Positions 13,175 through 24,900 of a stretch of DNA of 64,000 nucleotides are shown in pieces. Source of the DNA: Camelus dromedarius (lineage: Eukaryota); assembly GCF_036321535.1 (NCBI RefSeq), contig NC_087437.1, positions 62,994,001 through 63,058,000 on the forward strand, read 5' to 3'. Under the pieces are notes generated by a model. That model made no database searches. It was not told where the DNA came from and worked only from the letters and a program-made list of their open reading frames with translations. Numbering within the stretch: position 1 is the stretch's first letter; every line of letters begins with the position of its first letter. Made by a program: the position numbers and the translations under genes.

Positions 13175-13340
13175 GGTATGTGACCAGAGGCAAGAGTTAT
13201 ATTACTTGACCTCTTCAGGCCTCAGTTTCCTTGTCTGTGAAATAGGGACAGTAATGGTCCGTACCTCAGAGTTGTGGTGAGGATTGAACGAGTTAACACA
13301 TGCAGAGCTCTTAGGATAGGGCCCAGCATGTAGTATTGGT
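13175..13340 (+). mobile_element. MIR SINE
   Basis: gcctcagtttccttgtctgtgaaataggga...gttgtggtgaggattgaacgagttaa. Confidence 0.85.
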
Positions 13341-14714
13341 ACCAGAGTACCAATTCAACCCTTATCATCATCATCATGTCTCTATCCTGTCTTCTTCATT
13401 TCATTGTCATTTTCTTTTCTATTTATCTTTGTTTTGCTCTCCTTTAATAGAACCACCTTTTTTTTTTTCTCCTGAAATTGTTAACATCCCTGTCTTTCCG
13501 GAACATGCAGGGTAAGGGACGGACCCTTAGATTATAAACATAACATCCATGCTCCTGGGTTTCCCAACACTCACCGTCAGTGCTGAAACCGGTGGGGGTG
13601 ACATTCCCTGTCATTCCTCACTGGAATCCTGGCAATATCTCTAGAAAATGGCATCATTTGATTGACACCTGTGGCTCTCTAGTCCTTGGCAGAGTATCCA
13701 GCAGAGCATGTGTCTTTCTAATTTAAAACAGGGGTGTCTAGGGAACTGATAGGAAACTTAGACCCCAAATTAATTTGGTGAATAATGAAATAAAAGTTGG
13801 TTCGGAGTTGGAATGGTCTCCTTTCCAGCAAGTAGGAAAGGAGGTGTGCTTCCACCTCCAGCCTTGTGATGATGAATGGGGAGCTATTTGCTGGGCTCAC
13901 ACCCTGCCTTCACCCCAGCTGCACATCTTGATAATAGCTTGGCTGGGGGGTGGGTGTTCAGGAATACAGAGGCAGCTGTTACTCCCCCCTTGACAGAGCC
14001 ACAGAAGTGTGAGTTGGGCTGGGGTATGAGTAAGAAGAGCACCAGTGGAGAACACAGCTGAAACAGGAAAGGAAACCTGGCTGGAGGAATACAGTCAGTG
14101 TAGGTGACTACCTCTGTCCACCCCATCTCACCCTGCCTGCTGCCCATGCTGTCCTGCCAAGGAAGGGGAGAGGAAGTACCTCACAAATAACACAGAAGTA
14201 ATGCCCTCCAGAGATGTGAAGAAGACGCACATCCCGTGGCCATACCCGAGAGAGCTCTCTTCAGGGAATTCTGAGCAGATGCTGCCTTTGGGCACTGTGC
14301 TATGTCCAGGGCAGGGTGGTTCGAGATGGAAGGCCAAGTCTTCAAATCCAAGTCACCCCGAGTTTCATTCCTCTGCCTCAGTCTACATGTGGGGGAGGCA
14401 GGAACAGCCCACTGACCTCTGAAGGGGGCTTGGAGGGAGTGTCAATGTCCTGCAGTGCTAGAGCCTGAGAATTAAGTGGGAGAAAAGCTGTGTCTCTCTA
14501 TATAATTACACTCACACTCCATAAGTGTGAAATACGTAAGTATAATATTAATCTCATTTGTATGCTCTATTTTTGTATTTACAAAGAGTAGATTTAGAGA
14601 GTCTTGACCCCCAGGTAGAGGCAAGGGGCCTCAGAAAGCCTTGGGCCATGTGCATCAGAGCTGATGAGATCAGATTTGGCTCACAAACCCTCCTCTCTGC
14701 TTCCTATAATGACA

Positions 14715-14930
14715 AAACCTATTACCATTTTTTAGTACTTATTATCGTCAGGCACTGGGCCAAGAGCATTATATGAATTATCTTTACAGCCCTTAAAACT
14801 ACAGGCAGGTGTTATCACCTTCATTTTACAGATGAAGAAATTGAGGCTTTCAGCGGTTGAGTGACCTGCCCGAGGTCACGCAGGAAAGTGCGGAGCTAGG
14901 ACTCAAACTTGGGTTTTGACTTGGCAAAAA
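14715..14930 (-). mobile_element. MIR SINE
   Basis: cattttacagatgaagaaattgaggc...gtgacctgcccgaggtcac. Confidence 0.85.
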
Positions 14931-15019
14931 CTCTTTCTCTCACCCAGAAGCATTGGTTCTTCGACTTCAACATGCGACCAGACTCAAGTGGGGCAATATT
15001 TATTAAAATGTAGATTCTA

Positions 15020-15128
15020 GAGCAGGTGTTCTGAGTGAGCGGGTAGGTCTGTGGATGTCTCTCGGTGTATTTGTGGGAGAGGGTGAGCTACGAGCGTCCT
15101 TCTACTCCGCCATCGTGGCCGCGCCCCC
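15020..15128 (-). mobile_element. Isolated L1 extreme 5'-end fragment (~110 bp) inside a MER5-like element
   Basis: Reverse complement ggccacgatggcggagtagaaggacgctcgtagctcaccctctcccacaaatacacc...agaacacctgct aligns by eye with the first ~110 nt of the L1 at 43952. Confidence 0.8.
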
Positions 15129-15781
15129 ATCCAGCTTCCTCACATCCCTCAGCCCCTCCCTCAGAGTTCACGCCACTCAACGAGCTTGCTTACCTGTGTC
15201 TATCCACACAGATGCAGCTATATGCCCCTCTCCTTTTACTTTGAAAGGAAGTTTTCCCTCCTCTTAACTTGTGCCATGCTTCCTGCCGCTGAATTTTCAG
15301 CAGAAGAGCCTTTTAGTCTGTCCTTCACTTTCACAGCAGCTTCTCGCTCTTGCAAACACTTATCTCTACCCCATAGTGAGCTGTCCTCTGAGAAAATTAG
15401 TATTTTTTGAGGAGCTGCTTCATAAAAGGGGTGGTTGGACTGGTGTGTGCATGCCCGTACACCAGCCAGAAAGCAACTCCAGAGCAGCACGACCTTGTTT
15501 CCTCACAGTCCTCCCTCAGAGGAGAGAGTCCCACCTTCGCATGTTGTGGGGGTAGGGATGCAGGTGTATGCATGCTCACCAAGGCAGTACCTGCTGATGG
15601 CCGCATCTTTTTGCTTCCTGGCTGGAGACACCATCATTCACAGATGAAAGATCTTAGTGCTGTCTCCAAAAGGAAACGGCCTCTCTTCTTTTTAGGCTGA
15701 CCCAGGCTATTTCACAGCACACAGGCCAGCGGTTCTGCCGCCCATCCACCCATGCACAGCCGGGACCCCCTTGGTTCTCAC

Positions 15782-15913
15782 CTCTGTGTAGGCCTGGGTC
15801 ACCTGCTCATACAAGGACTGGTGGTGGTGGATCGCCAGCTCCAGGTCCTGCATCTCGGACGGCAGGCCACCTTCACTGCACATCTTACACCAGGCGTCCA
15901 CTCCCGACAGGAA
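15782..15913 (-). CDS. KALRN: Kalirin internal coding exon (probably exon 8), 132 nt, FLSGVDAWCK...VTQAYTE
   Basis: Acceptor ctgactggcttttccttccag|TTC; donor GAG|gtgaga; 44 codons, phase 0-0. Confidence 0.97.
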
Positions 15914-18133
15914 CTGGAAGGAAAAGCCAGTCAGCTGGGTCAGTGTGGGAGCACCAGGGTAGGGCGATGGGCGGATTACATGGAGATGGTCAGATGCCCT
16001 CGGAAGAAGCACTGGAACCTCAGGGAGCCTTAGAGACCAATGCAGAGGGTGGAGCTTTTGCTTTAATTCTACGAACACCAACCCCATTAAGAAATCAGAC
16101 CCAATGCCTGTTTAAGAAGTGTAGTTTCCACAAACAAAGATGACTATTATGAAACTGCTGGGGGTGGGAGTGTGCGTATGTTCAACAGGTTACATCCACA
16201 CACTGACTATAAACTATAGGTATGCAAATAGTTCACTGCATTACATGTGTACATGAGAGCTTCTTGGCCTGTGCACACTCACAGGATGCAATGAAATGGG
16301 ATGTTTCCACACGTGCACTTTATAGTGTGTACATCAAGCTGTGAAGAGGAGCAAAGAACACCTCATACAGGCCCATCAGACACCCCAGGGAACTCACAGA
16401 GACCATTCCCTCAGGGAATGAAGATTAACCCTCAACAGGATCCCTGCTGCTGGCTCAGTCCCTAGCGGTGGAGGTGGGGAGGGGCAACTTTGGGGGACAG
16501 ACTGTACTATGCCTGTAGTGGCTCCTGGGACATGATATATAGATATAGATCTTGACAGACATTAAATTATTTAAAAATTAAAATTAACAACTATGGAAGA
16601 TGATGGGTCTCCATGCACAAAGGGTGAGCTAACTGAAATCACTCAGATTTACTGAGTGGAAAATACACCTCTAAAATGCAAATAATCTTTCACCCAACAG
16701 TCTGGAATGGTGCTGTCTGCGATTCCTCTTGCCTGGATGCACAGCTCCACTTAAATTAATTGCCTAAATACCTTTTTATCTCATTGCCTAGAACAGCCCA
16801 TCTGAGGACAATAAAGAGCTGCCTAAATAAATGCACTGAAAAAATAGCCTTGAATCCATCCTTTGGTGTGTGTGTGTGTGTTGTTGCCAGCTAAAAAGAA
16901 GCGTGGTTTATGAGTTTCCCTGAAGCACTGGTAATACCTGATAATTGCATTAAAAAATAGATACAAATAAAATTGCTTCTAATCCAAACTAATCCAAGTC
17001 AGGAAATAGCAAATAGAAGTTGACTCCTTCAGTTACTCCCAATTCGGGTACCGCATTTCTGCAACTGCTTGAGTTCTAGTCTTGGTATCATTGTCTGCTT
17101 TCAGTCCTTAGCCAGTCAGCTGTTACAGTCGATTTTTCATTCTGTATGATTTTTATCCCATTAAGCCATCTCCTAACAATTCTGGAAGAGTGCTGGGTGA
17201 CACTCAGTATTAGATTGCATGTACTTGCTAATATCTCAGAAGCTGCTTTGGTCCATCAGTAATCATTTTACAAAGGAACTGGAAAGTAACTTGACATTTA
17301 TGTCAGTCATGGAGGAAGCACCTCTTCAAGGCCCTTGGGGTTTCCCTGTAGTATTCCAACAAGAGTCCTATAGCAGGTGCCACAAAATGGTCATCTCAAG
17401 GAGAGACAGACAGAGAGACACAGAGGGAAGCACTGAGTCTCCCTTGCCAATCTGGAGAAATCTTGAACAAAGTGTGCAGGTGATAGGATTGAAGAGAGAA
17501 CAGCAGATTTGACGTGAATATTGTCGTGGTCCTAAGAATGCACTCACTGTCAGTTGCTATCAGTCATGACCATCATCATCTTAAAAGAAAAAGAAAGGCT
17601 AGCTCCCTCTCAATGTGCAGGGTTGCTCTTGACTTATGACACAAGTATTTCAGTCTCTGGAAGGTCTCAGATGGAAACAGACACAGGTGAAGGAAATACA
17701 AAGATACCAGGACAGGTATGTTGAACAAATGCCTACGGTAGTACTGTCAACCATTTAAAAAACATTCTAGGCACCTTATGTGCTCCATCTCTAATTCTTA
17801 TAACAGTGCTGCAAGATTTATGGTTATCCTCATGTTAGAGATGAGGAAACAAGCTCAGAATGGTGAGGTGACTTGCCGAAGAGTTAGTAATTAGAACTTA
17901 CCTGTGTCTAGTATCAAAGCCTAGACTCTTTCAATTACCCCAGGCTGCCTTCCACATTAGGTTGGTAATAGAGGAAGAGATTAAAGGTATGACCTTGTGT
18001 CTGACTCTGTATTATCTGTGAGCTACCCAAATGTCATACAAAGAAAGAAATGTAGACGTTAAGACCACAGGCTTTAATGTTAGACACATCTGGGTTGAAA
18101 TCCAGCTGCCCATAGATGAATATGTGACTTTCT

Positions 18134-18996
18134 CAGCGGTGTATTAATAAATGTTTAATAAGCAGCATATATACGAATATATGTGTGTATGTGTGTATGT
18201 ATATACACACGTGTTATAAATTTTACTGACATAAAAGGTGCGTAGCACATAATTTACAAAGAATAATAACATATAGAATGCTTCTTATGATAAACTCCAT
18301 GTAACCGATTCTCACAGATGCTTTTGTTTCCAAATGACAAACATATAGTTCCAACACAAAAGCTGCTGACATTTTCACTCCGTTAAGGTGTAACACAAAA
18401 GTGAAAAAGTACCTGGAGACTTATGTCAGAACGTTATTCATTCATCAGCGATTGTAAGTGACTTCTTTGCTGAATGGAATGATAGTTTTTGAATATCAAA
18501 AGAATATTTCCTTAATTTTGTGTGCTATTCTTGATGTAACAGCTATAGGAGGGACACATTTTAAAGTTTAATCTGCATTTTAAAATATTTTCTCAAGACT
18601 CTAGACAACCAAACAATAAAACATCAGATCAAGCCCTAGTCTGTAAAACTTAATGATTTCCATGGTGTAAAAACTTCTACCTTGGTCTATTTCAAGCTAT
18701 CAATGCGACAACACCAAATGTGGAGTCGGGAAGAGGTGATCAGTATCACACAAGTGTGTATTTCCACCATAGACACAAATAGATGGAAATAATCTCAAGA
18801 ACACAGAAAATAATAAAATGTAGCAAAATAATTGAAAATGATGTTCTGAGTATTTATTATCTTTATTTTTAATATGATATATTTACTATAAACTTATATA
18901 AAGTAATATCTATGTTTAACAACCAGCTTGTAAAATTCTTGAAAATTTAACAACTGGCTCTCCTTAAGCTGGTTAGTCAGCTCCAACACGCCACTG
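18134..18996. mobile_element. MER63-like (hAT-Blackjack) DNA transposon inserted into a MIR
   Basis: Termini cagcggtgt... and ...acacgccactg; subterminal aatttaacaactggctctc; MIR halves continue on both sides (~18060-18133 and ~18997-19070). Confidence 0.75.
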
Positions 18997-19252
18997 GATC
19001 TTAGGTAGGTCACTTAATCTCTCTGAGCTTCCTTGCTCCTCTCTATAAAACGAGTTAGTAATGTCACTGCCCAATGTCAGTAAGCATATGGCAACAGATA
19101 ATTATTATTTCTGTCCCTTGTATTATTATTACATCATTATTATCCACAGCAAGTACTTCATGTAAAATTAGCTTCCCCCTGCTCTTAGCACTCAATGATC
19201 AGTTTACTTTCACCCCTTTGGTCTATGCTCATAGGATGCAAACTAAGCAGTC

Positions 19253-19254
<2 letters not shown>

Positions 19255-19332
<78 letters not shown>
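19255..19332. repeat. Perfect (CA)39 microsatellite
   Basis: Direct count of uninterrupted CA units. Confidence 0.97.
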
Positions 19333-19334
<2 letters not shown>

Positions 19335-19605
19335 AATAAACTACTAAGCAGAATGTACACAGGCTCTGGGTTCCTTCCTGTTTGGACGTTAGATAAGGCC
19401 GCCCAGAGTTACCAACGTCTCTTTTATACAAAAGGGGCATGGAAGTGGCAGAACACGGGTTACTGTCACAACTACTCAGCAGGGTCTTCGGTGTTTCAGA
19501 ACGAGAAGAGGGGCACTCAACCTCAGTGTGTGAACTCTCACCCCGCCCTTCCCCCGTCCCTCCGCCTGCCACCACCAGCAGCCGCAGCTGCTCCCTTGGC
19601 CTCAC

Positions 19606-19797
19606 CTGCTCGGCCTTCTGATGGAACACTGCAGACATGGCGAGGATGGTGCTACGCTCGTCCAGAGCAGCCGCAAAGCTCTTCCACTCCTGGTCTAGCT
19701 GCGTGGAAATCTGCTTGATTTGCTGTGATGCATAGTGGCCGGCCTCTGAGAGGCGGGATGCCACGGACATGATGCGGTTGATGTTGACATAGGCGTT
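19606..19797 (-). CDS. KALRN: Kalirin internal coding exon (probably exon 7), 192 nt, NAYVNINRIM...VFHQKAEQ
   Basis: Acceptor ctcccttgctccccag|AAC; donor CAG|gtgagg; 64 codons; spectrin-repeat motif GHYAS..I......L...W. Confidence 0.97.
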
Positions 19798-21439
19798 CTG
19801 GGGAGCAAGGGAGAGCAAGTGCTTAGTGGGGTGGGCTGAAAAGGCATCCCCGGAGCACTTTGACAGGGGGGAGTCTTTGGGGGATGAGGCTACCGAAAAC
19901 AAAAAGTTTGAGAGAGGCTAGCGTCGGTCACACTAACGCATCCATTTTGGGCCCAAAGGAGGTCTTTGCCTGCAATGTAAAGTTACAGTGGATGGCAGGT
20001 ACAGTAACTGAGAACTTTCATTCTGGGGACCAACTCAGTTTTTGTGCCAACTCTTAATGCCCATGAATGCAGTCACTTTACACGGACTACCTTAATAACC
20101 CTCACCATCATCTTATGAAGTCAAGCCAAGGGGACAGCATGGTACTTCCAAGAGTTTCTCTCTGGAAGCAATGGCTCAGACTGGAGCAAGAGTGGGAGGA
20201 GGCCAAAGCACCTCTGTCAGGAGAGAGCTGGACCCAGGGCAGCACTGTCAACCTCAACAAGGCAACAGTGCTCATCAAAGAGGGCAAAGGACATATGTCA
20301 CCTATAACTACCCACCTTCCTACCACCAAGCCAGGCACTCACTGCCCCCATCTGCCCTAACGAGAGAGCTCGGGCATTGGCCATCAGCCAGGGCTTAAAT
20401 AAAGAGAGCTTGTGAAGCCACAACACGCATGCGAAAAATAAGGTCTGTGGTCTTTCCTTATCCCTACTTGACTTGGGAACATTTCCTCACCTGACCCCAA
20501 AAAGGCACCTGTGGGGGTCTCCTGGCCCTGCTGACTCCTCTCACCATGTATTTTGTATATATTCATTCCCATCTCTGATTGCCAATTAAAAATTCATGAC
20601 CATGTGTGTTGCTCCCTACTAGGCTGGCAGAAAACTCCCCAGGAAGAAACAAGATAAAAGAGAACTCCCACAAACACAGACAATGGGGAGCATGGCTATT
20701 TTTAACTGCTACCTCCTAGTAATTGTCTGAGGTGTCAAAACAATCAGGTAATATCGTGGCACCAACAGGGAGCTTTTCTGACTCACACAATGTCTGTCTG
20801 AAGAAGGACCAGGGCGGCAGGTGGCTTGCACACCTTTGTTCTTTGTTACAAATCTTCTCATGTGATAATAAATACTCTTCGGCAACAGTGTTTTCTCTTG
20901 GCTCTATTAGCTCAGTGGTAGTTCATTAATAATGGGTAAGCTTAATGAAGGCTCTTTATTTTCCTTTCCTTCTCCTTTCATGCTCCCCATTCATCTTTGC
21001 TGTCCCTGACCTCAAGCCCCTCATCCCAAACCTGAAACAGGTTGATAAGGCCTCTCATCATTGAAAAGGTCTCTGTGGAAGTTGAAAAGGTTGAGTGAAG
21101 TGCTCGAACACACAAATCCACCCTGCTGTCTAATGACCCCCACGCGTAATCTCTTTCTTTAGTCTGGCCTGAGATCTTTCTGACGTAGCACCATTCCTTG
21201 ATAGAACTAGAATATTACTAACTCTTATTATTTGAAATAACTCTCATTCAAAGATTTAGGAATCATTATCAGCCCGGTTTTCTGTGTTAGAACACAGATT
21301 TTTCTTAAAATTAAACTCTATTTATAGAACTGACAGAAAAACCCACTCTGAATTAGAAATAGAAGGAAAGAAAAGGTGGTGGGGGAGGCATATACTAATT
21401 TAAATAGTTCTGTCTTCTAAGGGACCAACGTTCGGATTT

Positions 21440-21905
21440 CTCCTAAATTTCCTTCTTGGGCTCCCCCCAGAGCAGACCTTGAGACAAGGATTTGGGGCAG
21501 CCTGTTTATCTGGGTGATCCCAGGAAGCACAGTGAGGGAGTGTGCACCTCAGAAAGGGCAGGGGGGCAAATGAAGGAAGAATGTGTTCACGAGTGAGTGA
21601 CTGCCGTGAGCATTTGGGGTCACCCCTCCTGAAACTTTGGAGAGACTATGTAGAACACACTTCCGAGCCATCCCACTGGGAGATGAGGAACGTGGGGTAT
21701 TTACGTGCCAAGTCCCATCGCTCATGGTTGAAGGTCCCTCCTGGAGTTACTCCCTGGCATTTCCAGCCTGACCTCCACACAAGCCAACCACACTCCCAAG
21801 GTCAGAGAGTGACCACAGGCAGAGAAACGCAGGGAGTGTTGTTGTGTTTGGGAACTATCTGCAGATGACCCTCAGGGCAGACTAAGGGGATACGGGTGGG
21901 ACAAT
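21440..21905 (-). mobile_element. ERVL LTR (LTR16/LTR33-like)
   Basis: cccccagagcagaccttgagacaaggatttgggg...gtttatctgggtgatcccaggaagcac signature. Confidence 0.65.
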
Positions 21906-24900
21906 GAGAGAGCGGACAGAGCTATCCCTCCAGACAGGACTCAATCCTGGAAACTCTCCCCTCTCTCCACCAAACACATTTATCCAGATCTCTCTAGGGT
22001 TGCAGGGCTTCCTTGTGTCCTTTGGCCAGACAGGAAGCAAGAACAGCAATAAGAGCAGGGCATGGCCTGTCCCCAGGGTCTCTCGTGTACATCTTACGGA
22101 CGCCTGACCCTTTGTCATCACTGCCTGCTTATATTTTCTCCCACAGGGAACTTGGGGAGGCAAATTTCTGCTCACTTACAGGAAGAACTTTCTAGTTATT
22201 AGAGACATCGAACTGTGGCTGCCTCTGGAGGCTGTTAACACCTTGTCACTCATTCAAATATTTATGGAGAGTGGGCCAGGCTCTGTGTTGGGGGCTGTGG
22301 GAGATCAAAGAGAGACGAGACAGGAATCCTGGCTGAAGGACTCACAGCTGAGACTTAAGAGAAGCCCTCAAATCACTGTAATTGAAAGCACAATGAAGTA
22401 AGTGCTTCAATAGAGGCAGAGGCAACTCGTGTATAAAGATGCAGAGGAAAGGGATCTGAAACCACGGGCAACGATGCTGGGAAGGGGCTTCCTGCACAGA
22501 ATGGGATAGTGAGATTGGCAGTCCTCCAAGGCCCCCTTCAACCCTTAAGCTAAAAACAAACAAACAAAGACCACAGCTTACATTTCACATTGAGACGAGC
22601 ACAATAAATGCCTTTGTGTTCGCTTATCAGTGGGCAGAGAAATGTCTTACTAAAGCTAACAAGTGATTATGCTTCACACAAGAAGTAGAGGCAGTATTCC
22701 TCACAACAGAGGGATAAATATAATGTTGACTCATGAATCTGCTCATTATTTTTCTCTACAGCCCCTTTGCAGAGCAACAAAACTCTGCAGGCAAGCCACA
22801 TTGCCCAAGTTCATCATCATTGTCTTCATTTTCCTCCAGCCTAGAACTTGAGACAAATAAGCAGACAGATTTTAAACTGGAGTCACAAACCAAACGACAG
22901 GAGAGGATGGCAGAGAAGGTCCCATATGACTTCAAAGGACAGAGAAAGGTTGCGAGTCTGAATAAACAGGGTGCTTATTCTGTCTTCTCTTCAGTGCCTT
23001 GGGGAATACTAACTAAATCTACTCCCCTCCATAGACTCTTTCCTATGGAGGAGGTGGGGCGTAAACTGAGGCTATAAAGCTTTCAAGTACCCATATTCCA
23101 TGGGAGGGCTTTAAACAGAAGAGTAACATGATCTGGTTGATGCGTTCAAAAAACTGCTCTGTTGGCTAAAGGGCTGGCAGGGGAAGGCTGCAAGGCGCAA
23201 GTCTGGGGAGGGTAGTGCGGCCCACCCTGGGGGTTCAGGTAGCCCAGCCTCGGCTGTCCAAGCCTCAGCCCTCAGTCTGGCTCTGCTCTCCGTCCTGTCG
23301 TGTGAAGGCCACAGCTGGAGCTGGGGGACCAAGGGACGGCTGCGCTCCTCCCCTTCTTCTCTGCAACCCCTCCCCCTGAGCCCAGCTGCCTAGACTAACC
23401 AGCTTCCCAGGCCAGAAGTTGACAACATGACTAATAGTTCTGGCTTAGTGAGTATCTTCTTAAACCCTTACCTCAAAACTGCTTTATTAATTTAAAGCCC
23501 GCACTATAGCAGTGCTGCCAGTTACTAGGCATTATACAAAGTAGCACATAGTCCAAGGTATGAACACGACCTACCCTGCAGTATGCCATGTGCCTGTAGC
23601 CTGGTCTGTTGCATCTCCCATCCTATCTCCCCACAAAGGCTCTCCTCCACTCATTTTGGTCATAAATGGGAAAAATAGCTAAATTCCAGCAAAATCTTGC
23701 TAACTGAAAACCTTTTATACTTACAATCTGCCCCCACTTTTGGTGCCCACAAAATTTTCTATTTTCTCATTTCATTCCTGCAGTCATTAATTGGAGATCA
23801 CAGGAGAGACAGCCGGCCCCTTCTCTTGAGGTCTTGTCTCCTGCTGTGATTAACTAAAATCGATGGGATAGAGTAATTCTGCTGAAAGAACTGCTTGGCA
23901 GAATCTTGAAAGTTTTCAGCCCTGCCAAAGGCTCTCACTTTGAACCTGGCTCCTCGCTGCCCTGACTGGCTACAAAAACATACAAAGTTGCTTGCAAGAT
24001 AATGATAACCTTCCACTCAAAATCTCAGCTAAATTTTCTCTTTAAGTGTAGTTTCTTATGTGGTATACTCTGAAAGAGATACTGGTTCTTCTAGAAATAG
24101 TCATTTGATGCAAGCTATCATTTTTGTAATCGTAGGGTCTGTGTCAGGGGCTGATTGGAAGAGTAGATTGTTTCTGAGTATGTGTATTGAGTCCCATTCA
24201 TTTCACTCCTAAAATCAGGGGTGATTGTACATTCCTCTGGTTAGAGGTCCCCACCCTAAATTAGAAACTCCCTCCTGTATGTTACATGAGATAACATAAA
24301 GCAACCAGTCAGTTGTCTGGCATATAACTGATAACTCAAAGAATGTCTTATGTTTTCCCACATCCAATTCCAGCAGACAGGTGTTAACTCTCCAAATTAA
24401 GGGCAAACCCAGTCAAAGTATTAGTAAAAAGTAGAACAAAAGAAAAATCTATCAACTATTCCATTTAGAGGCAAATATTTCAGAGTCCAGAGTCTCATTA
24501 TACATCCCAGAGAGCATGCCACAAGGTCCCCTACCATTCCTGAGGAAGAGTCCCTTCCACAGGAGCCTGCCCCGTGGGGCCAGCCCCATAGCGGGCCAAG
24601 TGGTCCGAGCTGCCCGTCAGGCCACTGCCCTGCAAACTGCACCCTCTCTATTGGCAGATGCCCTTCCCCTAGGATTCAAGGGTCTGGGGCTCTGAATTGT
24701 CCACAGGTCTTTCCTTGACCCAGAAAGATCAGAGGATTCCGAATCAGCCGACTTGCTCTGGGAGCCATGCCCCTTCAACCTTAAGTCGGAAAATAGAGGC
24801 CTTTGTCTCTTGGGATATTCTTCTTAAGGAATTTCCACTACCTTGACTTGTGTTAGCCGCACCCAGAGCACTCAGAAGTGGGAATGTCCTATCCTCATAC

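Noticed and set aside
19074..19902. ORFs with poly-(TH) and poly-(CV) runs
   Set aside because: Translations of the (CA)39 repeat; only 19606-19797 is real coding sequence, bounded by splice sites.
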